From assembly GCA_965113315.1 (NCBI GenBank), contig OZ220364.1: a stretch of 64,000 nt of DNA, one strand, 5' to 3'. This document shows, piece by piece, positions 1 through 11,855 of this stretch. Position numbers and translations under genes: made by a program. Under the pieces are notes generated by a model. The model did no database searches. It saw only the letters and a list, made by a program, of their open reading frames with translations, and was not told where the DNA came from. The DNA is from Podarcis vaucheri. Its lineage: Eukaryota. Positions within the stretch are counted from its first letter, which is position 1, and every line of letters starts with the position of its first letter.

Positions 1-3000
1 AATAAAATCACAGATTACTTTTCAGTAATTTAGCCAATTTTTAAATTGTGCATCAGATTGATAAATCCGTAACATAATTGATATAAACATTTTGGTATCT
101 GCCAATAACTTTATTAAACATGTCAGCCCTGTTTCAAAATCCTGCTCACCACCAGCTTCCCCATGCTTGGCATGCTGTCATGCATATTACTGGAAATTAC
201 AGCTTTTACCTTAAAATGAACCACAAACAGTCACACCATGCTTCCTGTGGGCTTTAAATTAACAGCTGCTGAGTTTAGGTGGGCAGGGAACATTTTTCTC
301 TTTTGAAAATAAAAGTATCATTTCTTTTTGCTGGTGTTATAAAGAAGCCACATTTCTGATTGTTTGTAAATTTTGGTACAGTATTTAAAATGTCTTGTTC
401 TAGACCTGACATCCGTGCCCCCCTATGCAACAGCATTATTTGTTCTAGGAAATATTTGAGAGGTACCAACATCTTGGGAAATACAGACATCTGTTCAAGT
501 CTAGGTGATGAATCATCACACAAAATGACACCACACCACCAATACTTCTACAATACAGTGACTGGGTCAAGAACAAGAAGAATGCTCAATTAGTTAGGAA
601 GATACTGGAAAGATTAAGACAACATCCTGACATCGAGGGTATCAATGGGGTGTGCGTGTGTATGGGGTGGGGGAAGGAGGGAGGAAAATGGTAGGCAAAG
701 AAAAGCAAGAAAATAATGACAAGAAGGCCTATAATAAAACAAAAGGCACCAGCAAGGGTGGAGAGGGGGAAAACAGGTTCTAAATCAAGCTGCTTTGGAG
801 GGCTCAGTAAAAAACAAGGAATGAACTTCTATTGGTTGATTATGGAGTCACATTGATTTGATCTGAAACCAGAATCCAGGATATAAATGGGCAAAGCATC
901 TTTTGTGTACCATCATCAAGTTACACAGAGTGGTGGCGATTCAGACCGCATTTTATGCCGATAGTAATAAGAGAGCTGGTAGTATTAAGGCAATTTCAGT
1001 CTTCCCTCTCATCTTGGAAGATTAGATACAACTCTAGCTCTCTTTCACACCAGAGGGAAGGAGGGAACATGACAAAGGATTATTGGATAATGTCCAGTGT
1101 GCATAGTATGTCAGAGCAATAAGGCTCATACGACCACCATATTGACCTCATAGTGACTGGCAACCCCACTGAGTAAACATGGCAACTGAGAGACCCTTTT
1201 ATTCACAATTTATGCAGGACATAGCCCGAAGCGGGCAAAACATATTCCTATTTTTCTTTGGATTCTGTAGAATGATGTTCTGAAGTGATCTGGTGTGGCA
1301 GCTGTAAACAGCTGTCGTAACAGTGTTGGCATTTATGTATCATTTTGAATGGCATAACGTTTCACAAATAGGGGGTCGAATACTCCCCCAAGCCTTCATC
1401 AAGTGGATAAGCGGTCAGGGATGCAGCTCTTACTAAGCAGCTGGATTTACAAACTGCCCAGAGAATATTGAGTTCAAAGTGATGTGCATGGGAGTAACAC
1501 TGACATTTAAACAAGTGGTTTTATTAGTCTTTTTTTTTTTTTAGTGAGTGGCATTTTTTAAAAGCAAAGTGGAAAATGGTTAAATTGTTCCCACTGAGAG
1601 TTTTCCAGCTGCGACAGACAGCATCCTGTCCAAAAATAAAATCTTGACTTTATACCAGTAAACAATACTGATAGATAGCACCATTTTCTTTCTACAATTT
1701 GTAAAATGTAAAGAAAGAAAGACATCCTGGGTTTTCAGGTTTGAATGACTCATTAGGGCTAGTTTGTAGAGCACGGGTATCATTGGTTTCCTACTGTCAC
1801 ACACATTTAAAGTACTTTCACAAAAGAGTCTCTCTCTGTCCTTTCACACCAATGAGCATTACATTGTGTTTAATAATGTGAGCACCAGTATGAGGCAACA
1901 ACAAAGGGAAGACAAAGCACAGGTCTGAGAATCAGACACAAGAAAAGGCAAATTAAGAGGTTCTTTGTGAGCCTGCACTGAAGAATGGCCCACTTGGGAC
2001 GACGCCAAAGCATTCAAAACAAACAAATGCAACGGAACACTCAAATGTACATCTAAGATTTTAAGATTAGAATCACAGTGAAAGGACAAGTCTCAGGAGA
2101 TTTTCCTCTAGCTCTTGTCCAAGGGGATGGACAGGACTGATCTCCTAGCCCACACAGAGAATATGAACATGTGAATGCAAAGAAATGGGACATAAAGAAT
2201 GGTAATGTTGAGGAGATTCAGGATTTATTAAAATGAGCTGGGTCATTTTTTGCAAGCCATATATATCTTTAAAACCCCCTTCTGATTTATTCATCTGTAA
2301 TGCTCTTTATTTACTTTTTTACACAACTTGTATTATTAGAGTTGCACCTCAAATTAGCCCTATACCTATCAGGGTCTGTGTTAATGTGCATCATGCTTAA
2401 ATAGGCACCATATTCACTTATCCCATGGAAGTACCATATAATTTGAAGAATTTGGAAAAGTCTCCCTGCAAGATTGCTGCAGACAATTTGTCTAATGTAT
2501 GCAACCTTTCCTGGTTTTCCAAAGTTGCAACACTTGCCAGTGATGTGTTCTTCTGGCTTACAACCCAACAGCTGATTCAGTGTTTGGCAATTATGACCAG
2601 GGTCACTGAGGTGGAAAAGTCCTTGAGACTCTCACACAAAATATGCCCAGTCTGGTTTTACAAATGCATGGAGTGACTAGAAGGATTTCCTGGCAGCCAA
2701 TGAGAGGTTCAGTTATCTTATGCTATGTAAAGATGTGGACTTGAATTGAGCAATCAAATTCCTGTTGCTATTTTGAGTTTTTCTAAAGGTGGATTAAAGA
2801 GACTGTCCTTTATTAGGCAATGTTTGATTCTGTGCTTGCTGAAGTAAAGAATCTGCTAAGCAGGCCCAGAGCTATAGATCTGATTTGGACTACATGACTA
2901 TCTGTCTCTTGCTAGGTCTTGATTAATGAAGTAGGACATGACATCACTTTTTCTCACACTGAAAACAACACAAAAGTTCTCCTTTCTAATTTGTTTAAAC

Positions 3001-3174
3001 GTGTGGGTTTTTTTATTTTTCAGTGGGGGGACATTCAATCGCAGGAGCCCCCACTGCAGTCTAAAGGAGCAGAACCTGGAGAATGGGGTATCACCTTATT
3101 AAGAAGTTGGGCTAAGGCTTGGGCCCTGTACAGATAAGGAGCTGTCCCCTAAACAGATCATGCTGTTAGGTATA

Positions 3175-3429
3175 CAGTGGTACCTCAGTTTTCAAACGTA
3201 TTTCTCTGTTCTGGAAGACTGTTTGAGTTCTGAAATATTTGAAAACCGAGGCGCAAAGGGTGGTCTGCAAATTTCATAGAGAAAATTGAGAAAAATACAG
3301 TGGCACCTCAGCGGAAGCCATTTGACTTCCGAGGCGTGTTTGAAAATGGAAGCGTTTACTTCTGGGTTTTTGGCGTTTGAAAACCGAAACCATCGCCAAT
3401 GGAGACGTTCACAAACCGAGGTACCACTG
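3175..3429. mobile_element. Non-autonomous Tc1/mariner(pogo/Tigger)-type MITE
   Basis: TIRs CAGTGGTACCTC...GAGGTACCACTG flanked by TA on both sides. Confidence 0.85.
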
Positions 3430-4373
3430 TATACCTAACAGCATGATCCCAAATGCATTTTGGAATAAGTTTTCAACTGATTTTGGTGGGCTCTTTCTTC
3501 CCAAATAACATAGCTGAGGAGAATTGTCCACATGCACAGATCAGTATCTTGGCAAGTAAAACATTGATAGCTGATGCAGGTATTACATTTTACTTCAAAA
3601 TACAGTTAATAGAGCAGAGTTGAAATGCCCTCCCCAATTATCTCCTGATATTTTAGGGTTGCAAAATGGGGAAGGGATTTTGCCAAATATTCTTTTGGGT
3701 TCAGGAATGAATTAATATCAACCATTTTTCTTACAAAACTCTCTTCTGAAAAATTCTCCCCAGTCTCCAGATCTATCTTAAGCAAGGTTGTACCGGGGAA
3801 GGATATGAAACACTATAGGACTTTGGTGGTGATGGGGGAGCCCATTACAGAACATTGTATACAAAATATTCTGCAAAAATATATTTGTCACCTGAGGCGA
3901 CACTATTTTTAGCTCTGGTGACTGCCCCTCTCATGGTCAGTACAAAATGAGGGACCTCCCCCCGGGTCTCCGCACATCTGTACAAGGTTAATCACCACAC
4001 ATCAAACAGCTCCAAAGTGGATGACCCAGACATTATCCAAAAAATCTCTTCCTGAAAACAACCAAAAAACAAAGAAAAGAACATCGAAGGGAAGTTGGCA
4101 ATATTTGTGATGAAAATGAAAAAGAAAACCTGCTAAAAAGGTAAGGTTAAGACCATAACATCAAAAATGTGTCAGTGATAAGTCAAACCTGCAGTCGTTT
4201 CTAATTTTTAAAAAACAAGCACAAAAACAACATGCGTGAAATGCAGAGAAACCAAGAAAAGGCCTTCCACCACACACAATCTAGCAAGCTGCCTCATAGG
4301 ACCAGTGGGCGGCCGTTAAGTCACACAGCACTGCCATTCACGTGAGACAAAGACAGCAAGGACTTCCCAGTAC

Positions 4374-4424
4374 CTGGCACTGCACTGGCTGAGCTGTCCA
4401 TTATTACATCATCCAGCATTAGAT
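4374..4424 (-). CDS. CACNA1G: Cav3.1 alternative cassette exon 26 (N/D)LMLDDVIMDSSASAVP
   Basis: 51 nt, symmetric phase 1, ttctag|AT...CCAG|gtactg; LMLDDVI matches mammalian exon 26; not in the ORF track. Confidence 0.9.
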
Positions 4425-7400
4425 CTAGAAGAACGAAAGGGCATTAAATCACTGGAGAGGATGCGAGGCCAATCCTTCATTCCATCTTCATCGCTTCATG
4501 CACCCGTCACTCTGACAAAAGCACACCGTCACCCTGGCAGGGCAAAACAAGGGTTCTGCCTGCCTACAACCGTTACCCATAAACGCACCCTCACATTTCA
4601 GTGGAGTTTAGATAGAAGCAATGTAGAGTATACCTCCTGTGGTGCAATGGGTCAGTGGATTTGGCTGTTAACCAGAAGGTTGGTGGTTTGAGGATTCCTG
4701 CACTGCAGGGGGTTGGACTTGATGACCCTCAGGTCCCCTTCCAACTCTACAATTATGCACCTTCAGAAGGAGGGTGGTCTGTATTGGCAAATCAGCCTTT
4801 TAAATTTGTAGGCAAGGACAATGTGGTCTTATGATTTAACACTTGTACAGTGCCTAGCTATTTGAGATTAAGTATTCATAGTAATATAATTCATGTTGCC
4901 TTTGAGTTTAAAAGCCCCAAGATTGGCATTAAGAACGTTATAATATAAAACTAAATAATGTTATTAATGTCATTAAACAATAATATTAAGAATGAAAACA
5001 CTCAGAATACTGATAGGCTGGGACTGCGAGAGGCTACCCCAATGGGTTGCTCGCACTCAGAGGAATTTGTACGGTAACTTTTTTGCAGCAGCAGCAGCAC
5101 ATCACCATCAAAGCCTATGTTCAGAAATCTCTTCAGTTTCCAAACGCTTTTCACAATGCAGCATTTGGGAAGTGTGCACACGAATACAGGGCAACATAAA
5201 CCCAAGACACCTCTGAGATAAACAGAACTAGTTGATCCTGAGCAATGTAACGGTTGGTGAGCAGAATATGAGATTCTTATCCACTGTGATGCACTGGCAG
5301 ACAGCTAAGGGGGAAATGGTCCTCTCTCATAAATCAATGTAGCCTTCAGGGGAACTATATGTTACACTGGAATAAACTAGGATTATTATGGGTAAATAAC
5401 AGTGGCAGGCAAAGGGAAGCCCCAAATGTAACTATAGACCATTCCTTCCATAATCTCAAGTCAATAAAGTATTAAAGTTATCAGCATGACATCTGGGATA
5501 GCATCACCTCAGGAAAAAAAATGAATGTTGTAATCCTTTCTAAAGAAATATAAAGGAGAAGCTGAAACCTGCTTTCTTGTAGTCTTTTGACCCAAAGCAG
5601 TACCCACAAAATCCCATTAAAACCAGTGGGGCTATGCCAGGACTAGTCTAGACTCAAGTAACTACTTAGTCGCATGGTCGGTACTGGCCCCAAGGCAACA
5701 TAATACAGCATGGCATCAGTATTGGTCCCTATGTGATAAGTAAACATACAGGGAGTTGGGTGGGAAAATTCTAGTTACTATACAGTCTTCATGCCACTTA
5801 TCCCAGAGGAATCTCACCATTTCAACCAACTGTATAACTAATGGGTTATTTAGAAATAAATATTTTAAGAGGTGAAATGCTACATTATGTGTGAACGTGT
5901 AGAACAAAACTCCAGTGACCACATCTGTTAGGAACCCATTTGGAGTAGAGAGCTGGCAAAGGGAAGGGCTCTTTATCACTCCCAATATTCATTGCTTTTC
6001 TACTTCAGTGCCTTCCTCTGAACTACTTTTAAGAGTTCCAGACATGTTTGCTAGGGGAAACATGAATCTAGACAAGAGATAGAGGAGAAATTTGTGCAGT
6101 CTGCATTTTTAAGCAAACCAACCTTATGGGCCAGCCCTGGACTTATATGCAGTTCAGAACACAGTTGACAAATCAGTTTCAGCTTTTAAAAAAAAAGCAT
6201 ACAAAGATGTGTATTTTACAGAAAAATGCACAAAATATGCACTTCTAGGGGGAACTGCATACAAAACTCCATGCAAAATATGTACAAGTTAAATGCATAT
6301 ATTTAGTGCATTTCCTTTTTTAAAAAATAGCAACAAATGGGATAGGATATTCCTTACATGCAAAACTGGCATGGACCAGAAAGAGGGTAATTCATCCATC
6401 CCTAAACTAGAACTGTGTGAGGGGGAAATAGGGTTGGCTAGTTGGAGCAGGAAAACAGTTGTTTGATGATGAGATAACCATCCTGACCAGGGCTGGCCTG
6501 AGACATTTTGCTGCTATAAGCAAAATGCCATGATGCCCCCCCCCAATTCAGGCCCCCACCTCATCCTTACCATCACACTCACGTTGCCACCGGCTCTGCC
6601 ACCACAACTGTACCCTTGCCTGTGGCTGTGCCCACACTTCCACCACAGTGCAGTAGCAGTGAGGGCAATGGTGTTGAGGTGGCTGCACTAGCCAAGCCCC
6701 GGGGAGGCTGGCAATGGGGCAATGGCAGCGGTTGGATCTGCTGCCTGAGGCAGATGGCTTTCACATCGCCTTATTGACAGAGTGCCATTGCTCTCAGTCC
6801 CCATTGCCAGCGCACACAACTTCCCCACCCCAATTGCTCCCTTCCAAAGCTACCCAATGTTTTGGAAGTGGCCACCATAGATTTGTAGGCACTTATTTTT
6901 TCCACAACACATAGTTCTGCCCTTAGGCACATTTGTTGCACACAAGTCAAAGAGTGTTCTGCCAGGGCAAACTCAACTGGCACTTGTGCCTACAATCTTA
7001 AAAAAAAACTTTTTCCTCATAGTACTAAGCAAGAGATTTGTCCACTAATAAATGCAATTTTCACTCCATACAATCAACCCAACAGACTGCAAATGAATGT
7101 TATGGTTCAAAAATGATTATAAGAGGACAATTTCTTTCTTCTGTAAATTTTATATGGTAGTGTTTTTTTTTGCAAGAACTTCCCATTCTTCAGCAGATTA
7201 TTTCAACCCATGCCCCAATACATTAGAGAACTAACTGGCAATATCATTCCATGCATAGAGTGGACTGCAACTTTCTTTTAGGAAATTCCTAATACTTCAT
7301 GTGTGCCCGCCCCCTTTATATCTGATGTTGTAGCTGACATAATTCAAAGTATTTCAGGATTTATTTATTTGAAAACTTGAGAACACAGTGAAATATTAAG

Positions 7401-8094
7401 CTTTTCCAAGCGGTTCTTTAAAAAATAACAATAATCACAGCTAAAGTGAAATTATTTTCCAAGGAATTAAGATGTGTCAATGGGAGCTCACATTAAATGA
7501 AAGGGTGTTCAATATGTTACAGCTAGGGAAGAAGCTATAAAATCCTCACTTCTCTGTTGAAGCCCTTTGTAATGAGGATCATTAGTGGAATCATAACTAT
7601 AAGATTTATGAATTATGTTTATAGTTTTATTGTAGCAAATATTAAATCTCTAAATACCTACATTAATTTCCAAACTTAGGAAGAAAGCTGAAGGTGTTAT
7701 ACAATTTGCCTGGACCATATAAAACTATGCCACACATTACTTTTAACTATGGTTCAATTTTTACACTTAACTTGTAAAACGTATTTTCACAATAATAAGT
7801 GTGTCAGAATAATTTATAAGAACATCCATTTTGAGTGGTATTCGTAATATCCAGGGTCCACCTTTTCCTCATCAATGGAGTAACCATTTCATAAATCATT
7901 TGTAAACTGATGTGTTTTGTAGTCATCCCTAAATCAAAGGCTGCATAAGGAAACTAGGTGACTGTCTAAGGCAGGGGTGAGGAACTTGTGGCCCTCCAGA
8001 TATTGCTGGATTCCAACTTCCATCAACCCAACTCTTTCCAGTGTTTGCTTGAAACACAGACTCCTTTTTGGCCCACTGGTGATTATGTTATTCT

Positions 8095-8200
8095 ATGACC
8101 AATGCTATTTCATATCTATATGAAGCTCTAGAAGTGGCCATTAGGCGTTTTGGGGCAAATTGCCATCAATATACTGATGACAATCAGTTCTATTTCTCCA
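8095..8200 (+). mobile_element. Decayed L2-clade LINE RT fragment
   Basis: Degenerate match to the ..IYMK..IRRFG..CHQYADD..YFS RT motif (tgccatcaatatactgatgac). Confidence 0.55.
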
Positions 8201-8311
8201 TAATATCTTAATCAGGAAAGACATGTGCAGAGTTGGGCAACCAAGACGTTCAAGGGTCTGGAAACCAAGCCTTAAATAATCATTGTAATAATTTTATTGT
8301 CACATGGAAGA

Positions 8312-8930
8312 TAATAATAATAGTAATAAAATTTTTTTATTTATATCCCGCCCTCCCCAGCCGAAGCCGGGCTCAGGGCGGCTAACAACAATAAAATAAG
8401 ACAACATTTTAAAATAATTTCATTAAAAATTAAAAATAAAATACTTCAAATCAAACTGAAGGCAAACATTGGGTAGAGTTCTGAGAAAATTCCCAAAGGA
8501 GGGGGTCAGGCTGTGCCCTGGCCAAAGGCTTGGCGGAACAGCTCTGTCTTGCAGGCCCTGCGGAAAGATGTCAAATCCCGCAGGGCCCTAATCTCTTGTG
8601 GCAGAGCGTTCCATCAGATAGGAGCCAGCGCCGAAAAAGCCCTGCTCTGGTTGAGGCCAGCTTAACCTCTCTGTGGCCTGGGACCTCCAAGATGTTTTTG
8701 TATGAAGACCGTAAGTTCCTCTGTGGGACATACCAGGAGAGGCGGTCCCGTAAGTACGAGGGTCCTAGGCCGTATAGGGCTTTAAAGGTTAAAACCAGCA
8801 CCTTAAACCTGATCCTGTACTCCACCGGGAGCCAGTGCAGCTGGTATAGCACCGGGTGAATGTGATCTCTCAGCGAGGACCCCGTAAGGAGTCTCGCCGC
8901 GGCATTCTGCACCTGCTGGCGTTTCTGGGT
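8312..8930 (-). mobile_element. 5'-truncated young L2 LINE (ORF2 C-terminus, 3' UTR and AT-rich tail)
   Basis: ORF 8571..8981 contains QNAAARLLTG..HIHPVLYQLHWLPVEYRIRFKVLVLTFKALYGLGPSYL, a typical L2 ORF2 end; CpG-rich. Confidence 0.88.
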
Positions 8931-9047
8931 CAGGATGGAGCAAGCTTGTTTTCTCCTGCTCTGGAGGAGGGTAGGACTCAAACCAATGGCTTCAAGTTAC
9001 AAGAAAGGAGATTCCGACTAAACATCAGGAAGAACTTTCTGACAGTA
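8931..9047 (+). mobile_element. CR1 LINE ORF2 3' fragment (its upstream part lies at ~8235-8312)
   Basis: Translates DGASLFSPALEEGRTQTNGFKLQERRFRLNIRKNFLTV, the CR1 ORF2 C-terminal motif. Confidence 0.85.
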
Positions 9048-10451
9048 AAAACACATTTTCTATTTAGGCAAGCCTACCCAGACATGTAGAATACTGGCGT
9101 GTTTTAATCTCTTTTGCTTACTGTTGATTTTAATTATCTTTTGAGTGTTTTTTAAACCTGTACTTATCTGTTTTTTGTTTTTTACTGATTATTCTAATGT
9201 TTTATTTTTGTAAGCTGTTTAGAGGTTTTAGAGAAGCTAAGAAATATGGCAGTGGGGGGGAAATACCATAGTGTCTCAAGACAATATGGGAAATAAGTAA
9301 TGAACAGGCAAGTTACAGTAAGTACACTGTGCCAGACAGAGGGGCAGGCCAGGAGTCTACTGAACCAAGGAATAATGCATAAGATGGTTAATAAGTTCCC
9401 CAGGGCTGTGGCCCACTGAGAGGTGTGAAGGCAAGTAAACATAAAGGATGACAAGGGGCGGGCCTTTCACCTTGAACAAGAAGGGGTGGGTGAGAGGAGG
9501 CATGCCATTTTATATTTCCATATAAGGTCCTACTATGTCAAAGCTAATCCTACGTATGCCACAATTCTGTGCCAGATTCCACGGGACTGCATTGCTTTCC
9601 AAATGTGTTACAGGCATGACTAGAGCTAGCTTTCCTTTAAAATGGAACTCTTTAAGTAGTGTATAATTCCATTCTTAAATCTTCCCTGTTCCCAGAGTTA
9701 CTTTACAAGGCTTCCTTTGTTGTAGCAAGAAGCTGCATTTGACAAAACTCTACGCTGGCTGGGAGGCCAAGACTGCTTTATGCACAAAAGACTGTGAAGC
9801 TTTTTGTCTGTTTACCATGTTTACCATGTTATTACCACTAAAATATTTACAGATGCTATACCAGCAAAACACGGGTGCATGCATACTTTTCACTGACAGT
9901 GATTGATATACTACCAAAGTATCTGCAATAAACCTTTTCACCTTTGTGCCTTTATGCATCATGGGATGTTTCATGTGTACGAAATCCCATGAACTTTGGC
10001 TAAAAAGAGAACAGGAACCCCAATACATGGGCAGTCCTTCCTATAACATGATTGTATGTTCCTTGAGCTATAAACCGAAATAGTCATTGTCTTGGAAAAA
10101 ATCATGTCAGTTCTGAAATACATTGAAAGGTCACTTGTGAACACCACAACCTTGTAGCTCATCATGGAGCTCTCTTATTTCTGAAGAGTGTCACAAAATT
10201 CATTAATAAACCACAGTTTCATCATGATTTATTCGTTTCAGATCTTCTGATCTGGAATCCTTACCCTCAAGTAAATAATGTTAAAATATAATTCTCTTAG
10301 TTGTGAATGTCCTTAAGTATCTAGATATTGATTTCATACAATTAATGCTCAAAAAACAGCAACACACAACACAAATCATGGTCCTATCTTGTTATACCTA
10401 TAAAACAGCCATACAGGGAATTGCACCTTTTTTTTTTTTAGTAACCATTAA

Positions 10452-10484
10452 ACAACAACAACAACAACAACAAAAACAACAACA
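10452..10484. repeat. (CAA)n microsatellite
   Basis: aacaacaacaacaacaacaacaaaaacaacaac. Confidence 0.9.
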
Positions 10485-11452
10485 AAGAGAGATTCCTACA
10501 GATTTACTGGTGTCAGTCTGAAAGGGATGAAATAAATGTGGAAAGGATAATGGGTTGGGGGAAAGCCATAAGAACACTTAAAGATGGAAGTAACAAGAGT
10601 GATACCATGAATGAACGCAGGGGCATTTGGGGAAAAAAATCCAAGCAGAATAGAAGGCATGCAAGATGGAGGAGAGTACCTCTGACCTGTGACCTCTGAC
10701 CTGAATGTAATTTCCTGTTTTTCAATCAAACAGAACTGAGATAAAAAAGACAATATGTATGTCAAGTTTCTCAGATTTTTATAGACACATCTACTATGGT
10801 TACAAAAGGATTTTAAAAAATTATTCTAAGTGGTCCAACGAGGTTGTGTGCCAGTGGATCTACTTAATTTGTCTAATTTCTGTCTGGTTATTTCCTTCAT
10901 CATTATAAGAAAAAAAATCTGTATTTCTCAAGCAAATACACTATATTTTCAAGCATTTCAAAAACCAGGCTGCTTTTTATTATTACATCCTTGAATGCAC
11001 GAAGCAGTTTCATCAATCGATATGTAAAACTGGCTCAGAAATTGACAAAAGTGATTTCACTGTGACATTACAAGGCTGTAATAAACCAAATAGTGAAGCT
11101 AATTTTCAGCAACAGTGCTAGACACGCCTAAGATTCTTGGCCTGTTCTGGAACTGTTGGTTTTTGCATTTGACACTATTTGGGTAATGCTAAGCTTGTGC
11201 AATAAAAAAAATACATTTAAAATTATTCTTTTTAAAAAATCACCTAGCGTATAAAGTAGTTGCGAATCATGCAGCCATTGCTATGTTTCTGCGGCTCGTT
11301 ATTTAGCCTATGCCAGAACTATATCCTTCATGCAAATTTCATAGCTGGACATGCTTTTGAAAGGAATCTGAGCCTCAGGTGCTAGGCAGGGAGTTACGGG
11401 AAGACTGTCAAAGGTCAAGCAGGACTCAGAAAGATGAGGAAAGACTACCGAC

Positions 11453-11666
11453 CAGCCATCTGTTTCTCCTTACTCCTTCTCTTTTTCTCCAGCCGCTTGA
11501 GTCTCTTCTCCTCTCGTCTCTTGGCTTCTTCTTCTTCCTGATGCTGACGACACTTATGGAAATTCTCCACCACAACTCCCACAAACATGTTGAGGACAAA
11601 GAAGGCAACAATCAGCAGGAAGGAGATGAAGTAGAGGAGCATCCAAGGGTTGTAGTTCATGACTGG
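11453..11666 (-). CDS. CACNA1G: Cav3.1 exon 25 (IIIS6 and III-IV linker) with alternative donors: short form ends at 11474, long 25C form (SKEKQMA) ends at 11453
   Basis: ttgtag|CCA; donors AGGA|gtaagg (11473) and GCTG|gtcggt (11452), 21 nt apart, both phase 1. Confidence 0.95.
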
Positions 11667-11855
11667 CTACAAGGCAGAGAAGAAAGCCATTAAAATTACA
11701 ACCTAGGAGGGTACTGGGGACAAGGCTGTGCAAAGTAAGATTGGAACATCCTTTGTCCATGAAGATTGTGAGATACGGGGAGGAGCTGTACCCCTTACAG
11801 TTTTCTGTTTTTTACAAAACTATCTCTTCTATTAACTTAATGTCGAACCACGTAC

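Noticed and set aside
1656-1691. 36-nt in-frame exon candidate (ERKWCYLSVLFT) with a good acceptor
   Set aside because: The donor CTG|GTATAA is very weak and there is no other support.
10508-10517. 10-nt microexon candidate after a strong acceptor
   Set aside because: It would shift the frame and its donor (CCA|GTAAAT) is weak.
11379-11693. Plus-strand ORFs overlapping exons (also 16657, 27107, 45729, 55598, 57100)
   Set aside because: They are antisense shadows of the CACNA1G coding exons.
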